In this document: positions 13,560 through 24,923 of the stretch, piece after piece
Position numbering within the stretch: position 1 is the stretch's first letter
Layout of the letters: each line of letters begins with the position of its first letter
NCBI GenBank assembly: GCA_029953675.1
Contig: JAMWBK010000007.1
Coordinates: 2,046,001 to 2,110,000 of the forward strand
Reading direction: 5' to 3'
Origin: Rhodosorus marinus CCMP1338
Lineage: Eukaryota; Plantae; Rhodophyta
Length of the DNA stretch: 64,000 nucleotides
Translations under genes and position numbers: made by a program
Notes under the pieces: model-generated
What the model saw: the letters and a program-made list of their open reading frames with translations, nothing else
Database searches by the model: none
What the model was told of the DNA's origin: nothing

Positions 13560-14195
13560 ACCGTAACGATCCTGGGCCAGCAGATAGTTTCCAAAAATCC
13601 TGAGGAATAGAAAACCCAGCGTTTCAGAGGACGAGACACTGTCTTCCATCTGAAAAACCGGGTATGTCTGCCACCTGAAGAAGTAACGTCCGTTGCCCCG
13701 CATCACGATACCCTCCGAGCAAGGTTGGCGAAGTCCTACTTTGCGGCTGCGGTACACAACACTCTGAGGTGGGTAACGAGCGGTGGCAGCTTTCTAAACT
13801 CCGGGCGACTAGAAAACCCAGCGTTTCAGAGGACGATGTACCCTCTTCTATCTACAAAACCAGGTGCGTCTCCAACCTGAAGAAGGAACGTCCTCTCTTG
13901 GCCCTCGTCACCGTCCCCCACTGAGCAACGTTGGAGGGTCCTACTGCTGGCTTTGGGTGGCAAGGCGGGTAACGAGCCGTTGCAACTTTCGAAAATCCGG
14001 AGGACTAGAAAGCCCAGCGTTTCAGAGGATGTCACACCCTCCTCTACCTACAAAACAGGGTACGTCTCCCACCTGAAGAAGTAAACGTCCTTTCGTCGTC
14101 ATCACCTCACCTTCTGAGCAAGGTTGGTAACTAGTTCCGTGTTGCGGCGCATACACTCTCCAAGGTGGGTAACGAGCCCCGAGACAGCTTTGAGG
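13560..14195 (+). repeat. Degenerate tandem repeat, ~3.2 units of ~200 bp
   Basis: TAGAAARCCCAGCGTTTCAGAGGA recurs at 13608, 13810 and 14006. Each unit also shares ACCTGAAGAAG(T/G)AACGTCC, GAGCAA(G/C)GTTGG and GGGTAACGAGC. Periods are 202 and 196 bp. Confidence 0.92.
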
Positions 14196-14676
14196 ACCTC
14201 TGTTCATAGTGAACTTCAAATATGGTGGGGAAAGGAAGGTCGATCTTGCTTCACAAGACGAATGAGATTCGACTCACGTGACATCCTCTTCGTAAGCTTG
14301 GAAAATATCTTCAAGGCACGGCGCCTGGCACAAAAGTGCCTCAGGATCGTCGTTTTCACTATCGCCATGAGGCATCTTAACCTCTGCGCGGAAATGCCGC
14401 GCCAAGCTGCCTGCCCACATAGCGCCCTCGTCTTGTTAACATCTGTGTAACCTTGTAACCTTGTGTCATCAAAGCATTGGGTCATCTGGTTTTTGGTTTG
14501 GAGACGAAGCTGAGCGCTCAGCCGCTGGAAGCACCATCTTGTTTCTTTTCTGTGAAACTGCTCATCGAAGCTCTTCATCTAGCTTTTTTGGTTTGGAAAA
14601 GAAAGCTGAGCACTTAGACGCAGGAAGCACCGTCTCGCTTCTGTTGTTTTGCGTTTTGTTGGTGTTAAGAGGAAGA

Positions 14677-15346
14677 ATGAGTTCTTCTGCTGTGACGAAG
14701 AATACTGCTGCAGTTAAATTGTATAGAGATATTCTCCGACTACACCGGCAGAAGACGGAAGGAGTTAATAGGCAGGTGGCGGACATCGTAAGAACCTGAA
14801 CTTCTGGCTCGAGTGTAGGATTGATGCATACCCCGTTCGTTCTTACTTACCTGGACCTCCTCCCTGTTTGTGTGTTTGCTTTGTTGCTGTGTACCCTCGT
14901 GTCATCATGTGAGCAGTTTGTGAAGTATGAGTTTAAGCTTCACAAGGAAGCAAAAGAAGAGTTTGTGAATGATTTTCTCAAGCAATGGACGGACTATAGG
15001 AATGAGCTCGCCGAGAGGAGGACGGTAGGCTATGCATGTTTGTGCATTTATTGCCGCTTATTATATATATTTTGCTGTCAGCTAGCGAGAGTTAATTCTG
15101 AACATGGAGCCACTCCCATTGTTGCAACACGCTCTTCCACAGCTTGAGTCAATGGCCAGGAGCATAAGCGCAGCGGAGATCGCGATGTTGTCAGACGAGC
15201 AGTTAGATGCCATCGACGAGCTAAAAAGGGCGACGGAGAAAGCAATCAATCACATAGAAACCGATGGAAACGTTACAGATGCGGAAGAACCGGCAAAGCA
15301 TCCCTCCAAGCCACCGTTCGAGTCCGAGACAATTAGTCGCCAATAA
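14677..15346 (+). CDS. SDHAF3: LYR-motif succinate dehydrogenase assembly factor 3 (ACN9/SDH7-like)
   Basis: Spliced product KLYRDILRLHRQK...ADI|FVKYEFKLHKEAKEEFVNDFLKQWTDYRNEL...LSDEQLDAIDELK follows the ACN9 pattern. Phase-0 introns 14788-14916 and 15025-15142. Confidence 0.75.
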
Positions 15347-15485
15347 CTACCTATGCAAATACTTAAAAGGAGGCAAACGCAGAGCTGATCAAATGCAGTG
15401 GTATCGACTACACTTGAGACGATCTCATAATGCCGACTCGAGCACTCAGAAATATCGAGCCCCACTCATAAAACGCCTTTGCGGG

Positions 15486-17045
15486 CTACTTCACGCCTTC
15501 CCTGATTGTCCGGCTGGGTTTGACCGTCTCCGATTCTGGTTTAAAATAGTTTGACCATTCCCCACCTCCCTTCGCGTAGTAATCCATTGGATACTGGCTC
15601 CTCCATTCGACTTTGCCGAGGGCGACATAAGCCTCATACGGCGTAAGCAACGGCTTGGAGAATGCCATTCCCCAGTCAATACTCAACCTTGGGCAAGCGA
15701 TTTGTATCCAAGCCTCAACACGCCCCTCCATCAGCTTCAGCTTCGCTGGCTGAAGCTCCGAGAGAAGAACAACCATATACTCCTTCTCAGCGGCGTTCAA
15801 CGCCGCTTTGATTCTATTCACGATTGCTAGCTATCATTTAGAAGATTATTGCTTTGAGTAAGTATTGCTTTCAACGTGATATGACCAGCAGAGTTTTCTT
15901 CTTAGGATTCTCAGTTCCTTACAGATCCTTGTCTTCCTAGAGTGCCCAGGATAACTCCGAAGCGCTTCGCAGATTTTGCGTTTACGATGGTGCTCAGGCG
16001 ATTTCGCATCATAAGCTCGTGGCCGTACTCCTCGACAGTGAAAGCCTTTGAGTAAGGGTCGTACCTGCTCAAGCGAAAGAATGACAAGCCGAGAAGCCAG
16101 TCAGGGTCACTAGTACCGCGAAAATGAGGCCGAGGTACAGACAGCGCTTACTTGTAAGCTTTGACTGTTGGATTCGCAATCATCACGGATTCAAGATGAA
16201 ATCGGCCGTCTGCAATGTACACTAGAACGTCAACATCTCCAAGCTGAGGAGCGGTACAGCCCAAGAGTTCACCTGGGGACAACGGCCTGGCCTTGGGCAC
16301 TATAATCTCCAGGAAGTCGTCTATTAGCTCTGATTTCAGAGCTTGGATTGTTGCTACAAACTGGATTGTGCCTAATAGAGCCAGTTTCGTGCCCTTCTCG
16401 AACTCCTTTGTGAGAACAAGCACTCCTGGTGAGAGGAAAACTCGGGCAATTTCGTTCTGCTGTGGCCAACGAACCTCTCTTATGCAGTCGAGAAGATGCT
16501 TGGGGTCGAAATGGATCTCGACGAATACATAGAGCATCGGAATCTTACAGCTCTGGACCGGAACAAGACAGGAATGTCCGTAGTGTACCAAAAAATCGCA
16601 TCCAAGAGCGGATGCTGAAAAGTCATCAACGCAGCAGGCGCCGTATGTGACATCGCCAAGGACAATTACGTCGGGTCCGTTACAATGCTTTTTAAGAACG
16701 TCTCCAATCACACTGGCGTACATAAGCAGACCTTCAGGCATCTGAAGTGCTACCTTCTTCGCTCCGGCTCGTCGAACCCTCCATACTGTTTTGAAGAGCT
16801 GTCCGATCACACAGAAAAAGAAACAAAACGCTTCACGTCAACCAAAATGGAAACTTAAATGCCGTATTTCTTCCTTGACCACACGTGCAAACCTCAAAGT
16901 TGTAGTTGCTCGGAAGAGCAGCGACGTCGCGCACCAGTACCTGGTCCTGTAGTATCTCCTCCGGAACACCTGTAGATACACCTCCACGCGGTACTCGCGG
17001 AGGCTTTTTCGGTTCTAGAACAGACTTTCCAACGTCGCTTTGCAT
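15486..17045 (-). CDS. DPH1: Diphthamide biosynthesis protein 1, multi-exon
   Basis: [89 protein letters not shown]. Confidence 0.96.
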
Positions 17046-17898
17046 TTTCGCTCGTACTTTATCAACGATGGACTCCTCCTATCCACCTAAAGTGAGCGCT
17101 CGAAACTCCCGGTTCATCGAACACCGCTGGAATGTATATTGATATTGTCCGCCATGGAACGACGGGGTTTGGCACCAGCGTGGTGGTTCTCTGCTAACTG
17201 AGACTCTGTACATCAGCACGTTGGGTGCGACACACAAAGCACAGCTGTACGTAATTTTGGTAGATAGAATCCTACAGTTCAACAAGCGATCTGCAACGGT
17301 GCCTATGCTCTAACAACTTTGTTGAGGAGATGGGCTTGTTTGGCGGTCGGAACCCCCGGATTGATCTTTCTTCGTGAGGCCGCATTGACTACCACGACGA
17401 CCTCTGTATGCAGATTTGGAACATGTTTCGGAGCTAGAGCCGTTCACAGTAGGCCTCTGGCGCTGAATACATTCAACCAGCTGCAGATGTAAGCCAGCAC
17501 GTACATGGGTATCGCCGCGCGGATCAGGGGCCCACCAGTGGACAATTTATGGTTAAGGCAACTTCTGATGGACACGTGCCCAGCTGCGTCTCGGCCCAGG
17601 TATGCTTCTACAACGTCGAGACCACATAAACCGAGCGCGTCGTCTGTCCTCTACACCACCCGAGCGCCAATGCGCTGCTGATTTGACGCTGCGATTCTGT
17701 TTGTTTCTCTATACTTGCTGGATTTTATATATGCAGGATGCCGAACTTCGGATATCTTATTTGCATACGGATGAGTACCGTTGTCATCATCGTTCTAAGG
17801 CTGAAGCCTGACATGTTTCTTTTTGGGGTTGGTAAACCTGAAACTAGTAGGAGTTCCTCACATCTTGCTTTCGGAACAGTTGTGGTGACGTCATTTGC

Positions 17899-19114
17899 TC
17901 ATGCACTCTCGACCTGCTGCTCATCCACTTCGTCTGCTGGTGTGAGTACTCCGCCTCGGTCTGGGACTGTCACGCTTGCTCTTCTACGCTTTACTTTCAA
18001 CGCCAAATCCCGCAGCGCGTCGTAGTATTGCTCGTGAATCTTATCCTTAGCATGAAGCCACATCTCCTTCCGTGTAGGGGCCAGCGTCGAGTTTGCCATG
18101 CAACAGATTGCCCCACAAGCCGAAGCATGCTCAGCTAGCAATCTCAGCTCCGACTCTTCCGTAGGAATCTTGTTGTAGTTTGCATACAACGAAGCCAAAA
18201 GCCCTCCGAAGAAGGCGTCGCCAGCCCCTAGAGTGTTCACAATTTTTCCCGCTGGAGGTACTGCCGGCAGCGACATGGGCTTCTTCATCCCTTGCGCGAA
18301 CAGCTCCGACCCAGCGGCCCCGTCGGTGATGACAACCAGTTTAGCACCAGTAAGGGATCTCAGCCTTACGCAAGTATTAGCCTGCCCAACCAACTACATC
18401 GTGGAAAGAGATATATTCAGCGTTGAGAAGAAAGCGTAGAACGTTTGCAACTGTGAAGCTTAGCATTGAGCGTACATCCCATGCGGCGGTGCGACTAGCT
18501 TTGATGACATCCGCATTCTCCAAAATGCCAATCAGCTCGTTCTCGTTGCCGAGCTTATTTTTTCCCCCAACGACGTCGGAAGCTGGCATGTCAAAGTCCA
18601 GCGCAGTTGTAACATTGCTTCGCCTCGCCTTCGAAATGTATTTCCAAACGGTCTGCAGGCTGAACTGATGGATCTCCGACGAAACCATTGCACAGTTAGA
18701 TACAGAGCCCAGCCATTGTGGAACTCCTATCAGTCTGCCGCGCTTCGGTTCTGCAAACATGACCACAGTCCTTTCGCCAGCTGTTTGTGGGACGAACACA
18801 TAGCTCTCCGAAGTATGGTGATTCAAGGATTGGTACAAGTACGAGCAGTCAATGCCGCGCTTCCTGAGCTCGTCGACGATCATATCTGCTGAGCTATCTT
18901 TTCCGACTGTCCCAACTAGACCCGCCGGGACACCAAGCGCGGACGCCCAACTCAAATGGTTTAGGGTTACGCCGCCTACAGTTTTCTCTGCTTTGGAAGG
19001 TGAACTGAGGAAGAACGTCTTCTGCCCGTACCGAGGTCCAGCACTTACAGGAAAGTTGTGGTCGACGACACACGATCCAAGGCCCATAAGACCGTTTACC
19101 AGCCTCTTCTTCAT
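17899..19114 (-). CDS. PfkB/ribokinase-family carbohydrate kinase
   Basis: GGVTLNHLSWASALG...LVGTVGKD, ADVIKAS, LVVITDGAAGS, signature VNTLGAGDAFFGG. Phase-0 intron 18394-18475. Confidence 0.88.
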
Positions 19115-19943
19115 TACACAAATCACACTGAATACAGCCGGAAAAACCAAAAAAATGAAGGGAGGAAAGCACGCTTGCTACGCCTGCATAAAATCCACAC
19201 CAGCAAATTAAAAAATAAATTGCACTAAATCAAGGACACTCTATACCTCAGTGCCGTCCAATCTCTCCTTCACATGCATCCTGATCCCTTCTCTCTCTAC
19301 CTCCTCCTTACTTCCCATCTTCTCACTTCATATATACAAATTTAACGCCGCGTTATCCATCAATGACAGTTGAAAGAAGACGCCATGTAGAGGTCCGATA
19401 TTAAATCATGATTATAAAAACAAATTATGAACATATCCAGAAAGCCCGAACGAGATCGACGTCACCCATCATCCCCGATTGACAAGTGACAACCCACCCG
19501 CCCGGAAACAAATCAACATTTGGATGGGGTGGTAACATTCGCCATTAGTTTTGGCCCGATGAATGGTTCAAGCAAAAACAAATTAACGAAAAAAAAGTTG
19601 AATTGAGATTGGAAGCGCGTTATATATCGGATGGGTGACGTTTTGAGAGAGTTAGATATCATGTGATGACGTGTGACAGTTTTGATGGGGTTTGGAATGA
19701 GGTGAAAAAAATAATTTGGACGGTAGTGGTGGTGGTGGAGGAGGAGGAGGTAGGAACGCGGCATAGACGAACGAGAACGGGACGGGGAATGATGAAGATA
19801 CGAGAAGCGAAAATCGGCAACAGTTTGACGTCAAGTAGTCGCGGAAGTCCCAAAAAAATGTTTGAAAAAAGTCAAGGAGAATAAGACAAGGAGAAACATG
19901 GGTTAGGTAGTTGCTTGGAAGATTGTGTACGTTATGGAATCCC

Positions 19944-21356
19944 TTACGTTTGAAGCAACGCGGATATTAGCTGTGTCATCCATTCGAGCTCTTCTGGGGT
20001 TGGTCTCACCACCCGCGGGGGTAGCATGGGAGAGCCCTGTATGCTCACGAAAATTAGCGGAAACTTTGAGCTTTGGGCATCCCAGAACTTATTCACCTCT
20101 GCATACTCAAGATCGTCAAACGGAACAGCAGATGGGTCTAGGAATACCATCGTCTGCTCACGCTTGTTCCACACTTCTCGGGTTACCTGGTTAGATAGCA
20201 CACAGTTTGTTAATCTTTAAATGTAATGGACACCCCTCTGTTCTTTCAGTACATAGAAAAGTAGGGCTTACGTGCTCCAATTTACTAGGATCTTCACATT
20301 CATATTGGTGCTGATTCCAGTTACCCCGCTGACACTCTTGATCACAGTAGAATAACGTTCTACATCCTGTGCATCGGAAAGTCTCGGCTGTGGGCTCCTT
20401 GCCACAGTTTCCGCAAAGCATATCTGAAAGTAACAAAGGCGAACGACAACATTCTCTCAAGCTCAACGGCAGAGCTCTCAGCTACAAGCACAAGAAGACG
20501 TCGTGGGGACTCACTAGCTTCGATATCCTTCTCAACGTCATAGGTGCCGCTAGCTCTAGCATACTTTCGACGTAGCGCCTGGATGGAACCCATAACTGCC
20601 ACTCCGTAAGTGCGATCAGAAGATCCGAGCACTGTCACATATCTCTTTTCTCCCCTTCGATCATGGAAAAAGGGAATTCTATAAGTTTCCAAATCACCAT
20701 CAGGCGTACGGAACACTTTTGCTAGTGCAAACTAACCCTTTCAACCATTCCGCCTCGATCGCGCAAACCTCATCTATCCTGCGCCAGGGGTTGCTACTAT
20801 AAAAATCCTTGCAAGCTGAGAAATATTGTTCCAATGCATGTCTCTGGATGCCAACTCCCTTGTGGACTCCTGGGCGTTCAGCCGCATCTCCACGAGATGC
20901 CCTTCCCCGTTCGATGAGTTTGTTTGAGAACTTGGTGATGTAGTCCTCCACACCCGTTGCCTCGGTGAGTTTGACGACTTCGATACCGATTGAAACAAGG
21001 GGTTCGCGGCAGTATTCCAGCAGTTTCTCATCTATAAAGGAGATCTGAACTGGTCTTTGTAGCTTTTCATCCTCGGCAGGATCAACCATCTGCTTAAGGA
21101 GCATATACAGCGCATCGATGGGATTCGGGTAGGTTCCAACTGGGGATGCCAACAAATTCGTAATTACGTTTCCACGCGGGTACAACTCCATCACCAACAT
21201 TGAGTACGGGCGCTCTGCTCTGTCTTGCTCATCGTCCCAAACCCAGAGCCGTAGCCTCTTCACTCCGAACTGCCAAGCCATGCGCGGGGTCTGAGGTAGC
21301 GCACGAGCTTTCTTCAGCATAGCGGGGATCTGAGCTTCGTTTTTTTTGGCGGTCAT
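19944..21356 (-). CDS. MYND-type zinc finger protein with flanking domains of unknown function, multi-exon
   Basis: CGNCGK...RCTGCRTLFYCDQECQRGNWNQHQYEC (MYND). Frame restored by GTTAGT...TAG and GTGAGT...CAG introns (EWLKG|IPFF..., DIEAN|MLCGNC). Confidence 0.75.
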
Positions 21357-22154
21357 CTTTCTCGACGCTTGACACAATCAGCAAAAACCAGAAAAACCTC
21401 TTCGACGAGAAACCAGCAACATTAAACTCTGCTAGAAACTCAGACCACGTACTTCATCAACTCCGTAGCTTCATGAGCTCACGCTTGCATCGGCCTCGAA
21501 GACAGGAAATGGTACGTCCCACGGTGCGGTCGTCCTCAGGTGCGACGGGACCGCAAATTCCGGAGTGATCGATTTTTGATCTCCAGCATGTTTGCCGTGA
21601 GTGGTTAACCTCGAGTATAATGATAGCGACCTGGTACGAGCGTTACTTATGCTGGGTCGTTGCAAAGTTCGTCCGGTGAACGCACCACTCCGGAGGTCCT
21701 GGGCGCTGCTCGACGTGGTCAACAAACTGGAGCCGGCAATCACGAACAAGCAGTATCTTCCACGTGTTTCTTTGCCAATGGGGTTGGCCCTGGGTGAGCC
21801 ATGGGTCTTTTCCTATCACTGGCTATCTGCATAGTTTGTGCTGATAAGTGGGTAGTCTCTTCACAGCCCCTGACAAAGGACTGCGGCCAATTTCAAGCAG
21901 CGAATGGGCAAACACTCGGGCTGCGATTCTGCCCGCGAGGACAATTTCCGTTCTCGAATGAAGATCACGGCATCCGAAGCCGGTGATCAGTTGGTGCCAA
22001 ATGGCGGGTACAATAATAAGATTAGTTTAGAACGAAAAAAAAGTTGATGGACCATTTGGCGACGGGGCCACCGCGACCGAACCCGTTGCCGTTCTGAAGA
22101 GGTAGTCATGGATCAACTCCACTAGCAGCTCTCTACCTCGGTCTACGTGCTTCA

Positions 22155-23900
22155 TCATTTGATTCCAGCTTGCCCATCTCGAACTTCTCCGAGTCCTTCC
22201 GGAAGCTCAGATTCCTCGGCCTTGGCCTCTTTCTCCAACCTAGCCTTCTCGAGCTTCAGATATGTATACCAAAAGACGCCTCCGAGGGCAAGCAATACGC
22301 CCGAAATACCTTTCACGTCCAATGGTCTTCCGAAAAGAATGAAGTCCTACATCGAGAGTACGTAAGCTCAGCTGTGGTCGCAGCTTCAACGCTGCCGGCG
22401 AGGGTTAGTGCTCACCGAAAGAATGATTACGCAAGTCTTGCCGTGGCCCAAGATATTGTATGTCAACGCCGACGACTTTCCAATGACGAGGAATATGGAC
22501 ACATTCACCAGGAATGCGATAAAGCCAGTTAAGAATATCAACGACTATAGCAAAAGAGCGAGGCTTGCCAATCAGAGATCCAGTTTCGTCATCAAAAGGA
22601 CCAGGACGCTAGCTCGCACCGAGTTAAGAGGGTTGAAGGCGTATGACCATATGGCGTTCGGGTCCTTCACCATGTAGTTGTCGAACACTGGAAGCAAGGG
22701 CATTATGAAAAGAGCGGAGAGCGGCGCATTATACGTTTGTAGTTGCAGGGCGTCAGCATCAAGACCTTTTTGCAGGGCACCGGACCAGATCTGGTAAAAG
22801 CTTGTCACGACAACGCTCGACAGCGCAAATATGGTTCCCGGCACGTTTAGCCTACGATACATGTTGAGAGTGGCGGGTTAACATATATCGCTTAGATCCA
22901 TCCCTTCGTAAAGTTGTTCCCTTTTCACAGGTCTCGCCTCTAGGACCCACTTCCCGAAGTGGGAGATGGGCGCTGATCAGAGGGAATTGGCCCACCTGAA
23001 GTCCGTTGACGCGGTAAGGATAACGCCGAGGCACACCGGCACAAGTGCCAATCGAAGCTTCCGTTCGAGGAACTTTTTGTACAGCACTGCCTCAATAAGA
23101 ACGATCATTGGCGTGGTCATCACCTATAAAGCCGAAATGTTAGCAGTCTGGACGAAGCCTGGCTTAGAGAGCTCACGTTCGATCGCGACAAGAATCTGAG
23201 GCTGTGCATAGTGTTTGCGTACCTTCATAATTTGATAGAATCCAATGGAATTATGTTGCAGAGACAAGTTGGTCAGCAGCACAAATCCCATCGAAGTCGC
23301 AGCCAGTTTTGAGGTCTAATCAATAGAGAAAGGGAAAGCCGATTAGCCTCTGGAGATTCGGGCGCGTCAGATCAATCGGGGACCAACTCACCGGTCCCAA
23401 GGGCAGCTCTTTCATCTGGTAAAGCCCAAACGCGGAGACAGTGAGCAAAAGCACGAACGTGCATATAAAGTGAATGAAAGTTAAGGTCGTCGCTGTGGGT
23501 GGGAGAACAAAAGCGGGGAATAAGTACAACAGGCAATCTCTGACGTCACGTTGTTAGAGCTCGTGTCCGAGCAAGGCTAGGATCGAGTCGTTACCGAAAT
23601 TGAAATGGAACTTTTCCATGAGTATTTTGTTAGTAATGACAATTCCGGCAGAAGAGAAAAAGTTGAGCATCATAAAGGAAAACACCTTCCAGTCAGCTGC
23701 CGCAAGGTTTCCCTTCACCTGCAATACACCGGAAAGATGAAAAATTCACAAGTCAGCTTGCAGCCGACAAAACATTTCAAGCCAGAACAGCGACCACTCA
23801 CCTTGCTCAGAACAGCCTTACTCACGGATCCCTCATCGCCCCGGAAACCCGACGATCTAGGCGAGGCGGATCCATCATCCAGCTTCCTAAAAGCAGCCAT
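22155..23900 (-). CDS. Nucleotide-sugar transporter, TPT/DMT superfamily (UXT/SLC35E3-like), multi-exon
   Basis: Spliced: LNFFSSAGIVITNKILM...ATTLTFIHF...LTNLSLQHNSIGFYQIMK|VMTTPMIV...VVTSFYQIWSG...LVNVSIFLVIGKSSALTYNILGHGKTCVII...GVFWYTYLK, ending TGA at 22155-22157. Confidence 0.9.
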
Positions 23901-24863
23901 AGTGTTCCAATCCCTTTTTAAAACACTAAGAAGCCGCTCTTGATCACTCTCTGTCCCTCCGCTTCCTCCCCACAACCCCAATGCTTACCCTCCCTCCCAG
24001 CACCCACACCCAACCCTAACCCACCCCTCCGCCTCTGTTCGCCCCGTCTTATATCCCCAGTCATCTACACCAAACCAAAATGGCTCTCACCAGAAACGGA
24101 TTTCGCTGGTCAACACTAAACGCACTCTTCGCCCATGTCAACAAAAGTACTGTCCTGTTTGTCCAATAAACATGTTTAGATTAAATATTAGTACGTGTAC
24201 TATCCAATAAAAGAACAAAATACTTGTGCCGTGGAATGAAATTATTTCATAAAAGCTGTCCAATACGTAACGCGTAATCAGACAACTTTTTTGAAAAAGT
24301 TTTATTCAACAGCACTAAATATTTCTTCATTTATTCCATATATCTGGAATTTTCGGGTTTTGTCGGACATTTTATGACAGTGTAATTTTTTTTTGGTGCC
24401 GATGTTCCGTACCTAAATACGAATTCCAAAACAAATACAGGAATCTTACAAAATATTTCGAGAAAAAGGAATACTACACTAACGGTCGTTGCATGATACC
24501 GGATACGATAACTACTAGACAGAACATTGTATATGTAATATTGAAGTACAAAATAATACCCAGGGCATTGATGGCGGGATGATACGGTATGAACAAAATT
24601 TACGAATACGCGTTGGATATTTTTTTGTTTTCTTGATTTGTGTAAAGACTATTCTAGATATGTCCCCCAGCTTTGATCAAAAGTTTCTTGTTTTTACAAT
24701 TATTTGATTAGAACATTTTTCTAATCCAAATCTAGAGCTTGTAGATAGATTTTGGATGATTATCCAAGATTGAGATCCTGATTTTCTTGACATCCGATGA
24801 CTTCAATTTTTAAGATCCCCCCTGTATTAAAATATTTTTGGTAGGTTCGGACAATCTGTACGT

Positions 24864-24923
24864 TAATTCGTAGAAAATCCATTAAAAAAGGGGAACCGTT
24901 TTTAATGAATTTTCTACAAATTA
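24864..24923. repeat. 25-bp imperfect inverted repeat with a 10-nt loop
   Basis: TAATTCGTAGAAAATCCATTAAAAA (24864-24888) versus TTTTTAATGAATTTTCTACAAATTA (24899-24923); two mismatches. Confidence 0.9.

Noticed and set aside
14821-14916. U1 snRNA gene
   Set aside because: Only the 5' 12-mer matches; no stem-loop I/II sequence or Sm site follows, and it lies within a 129-nt intron.
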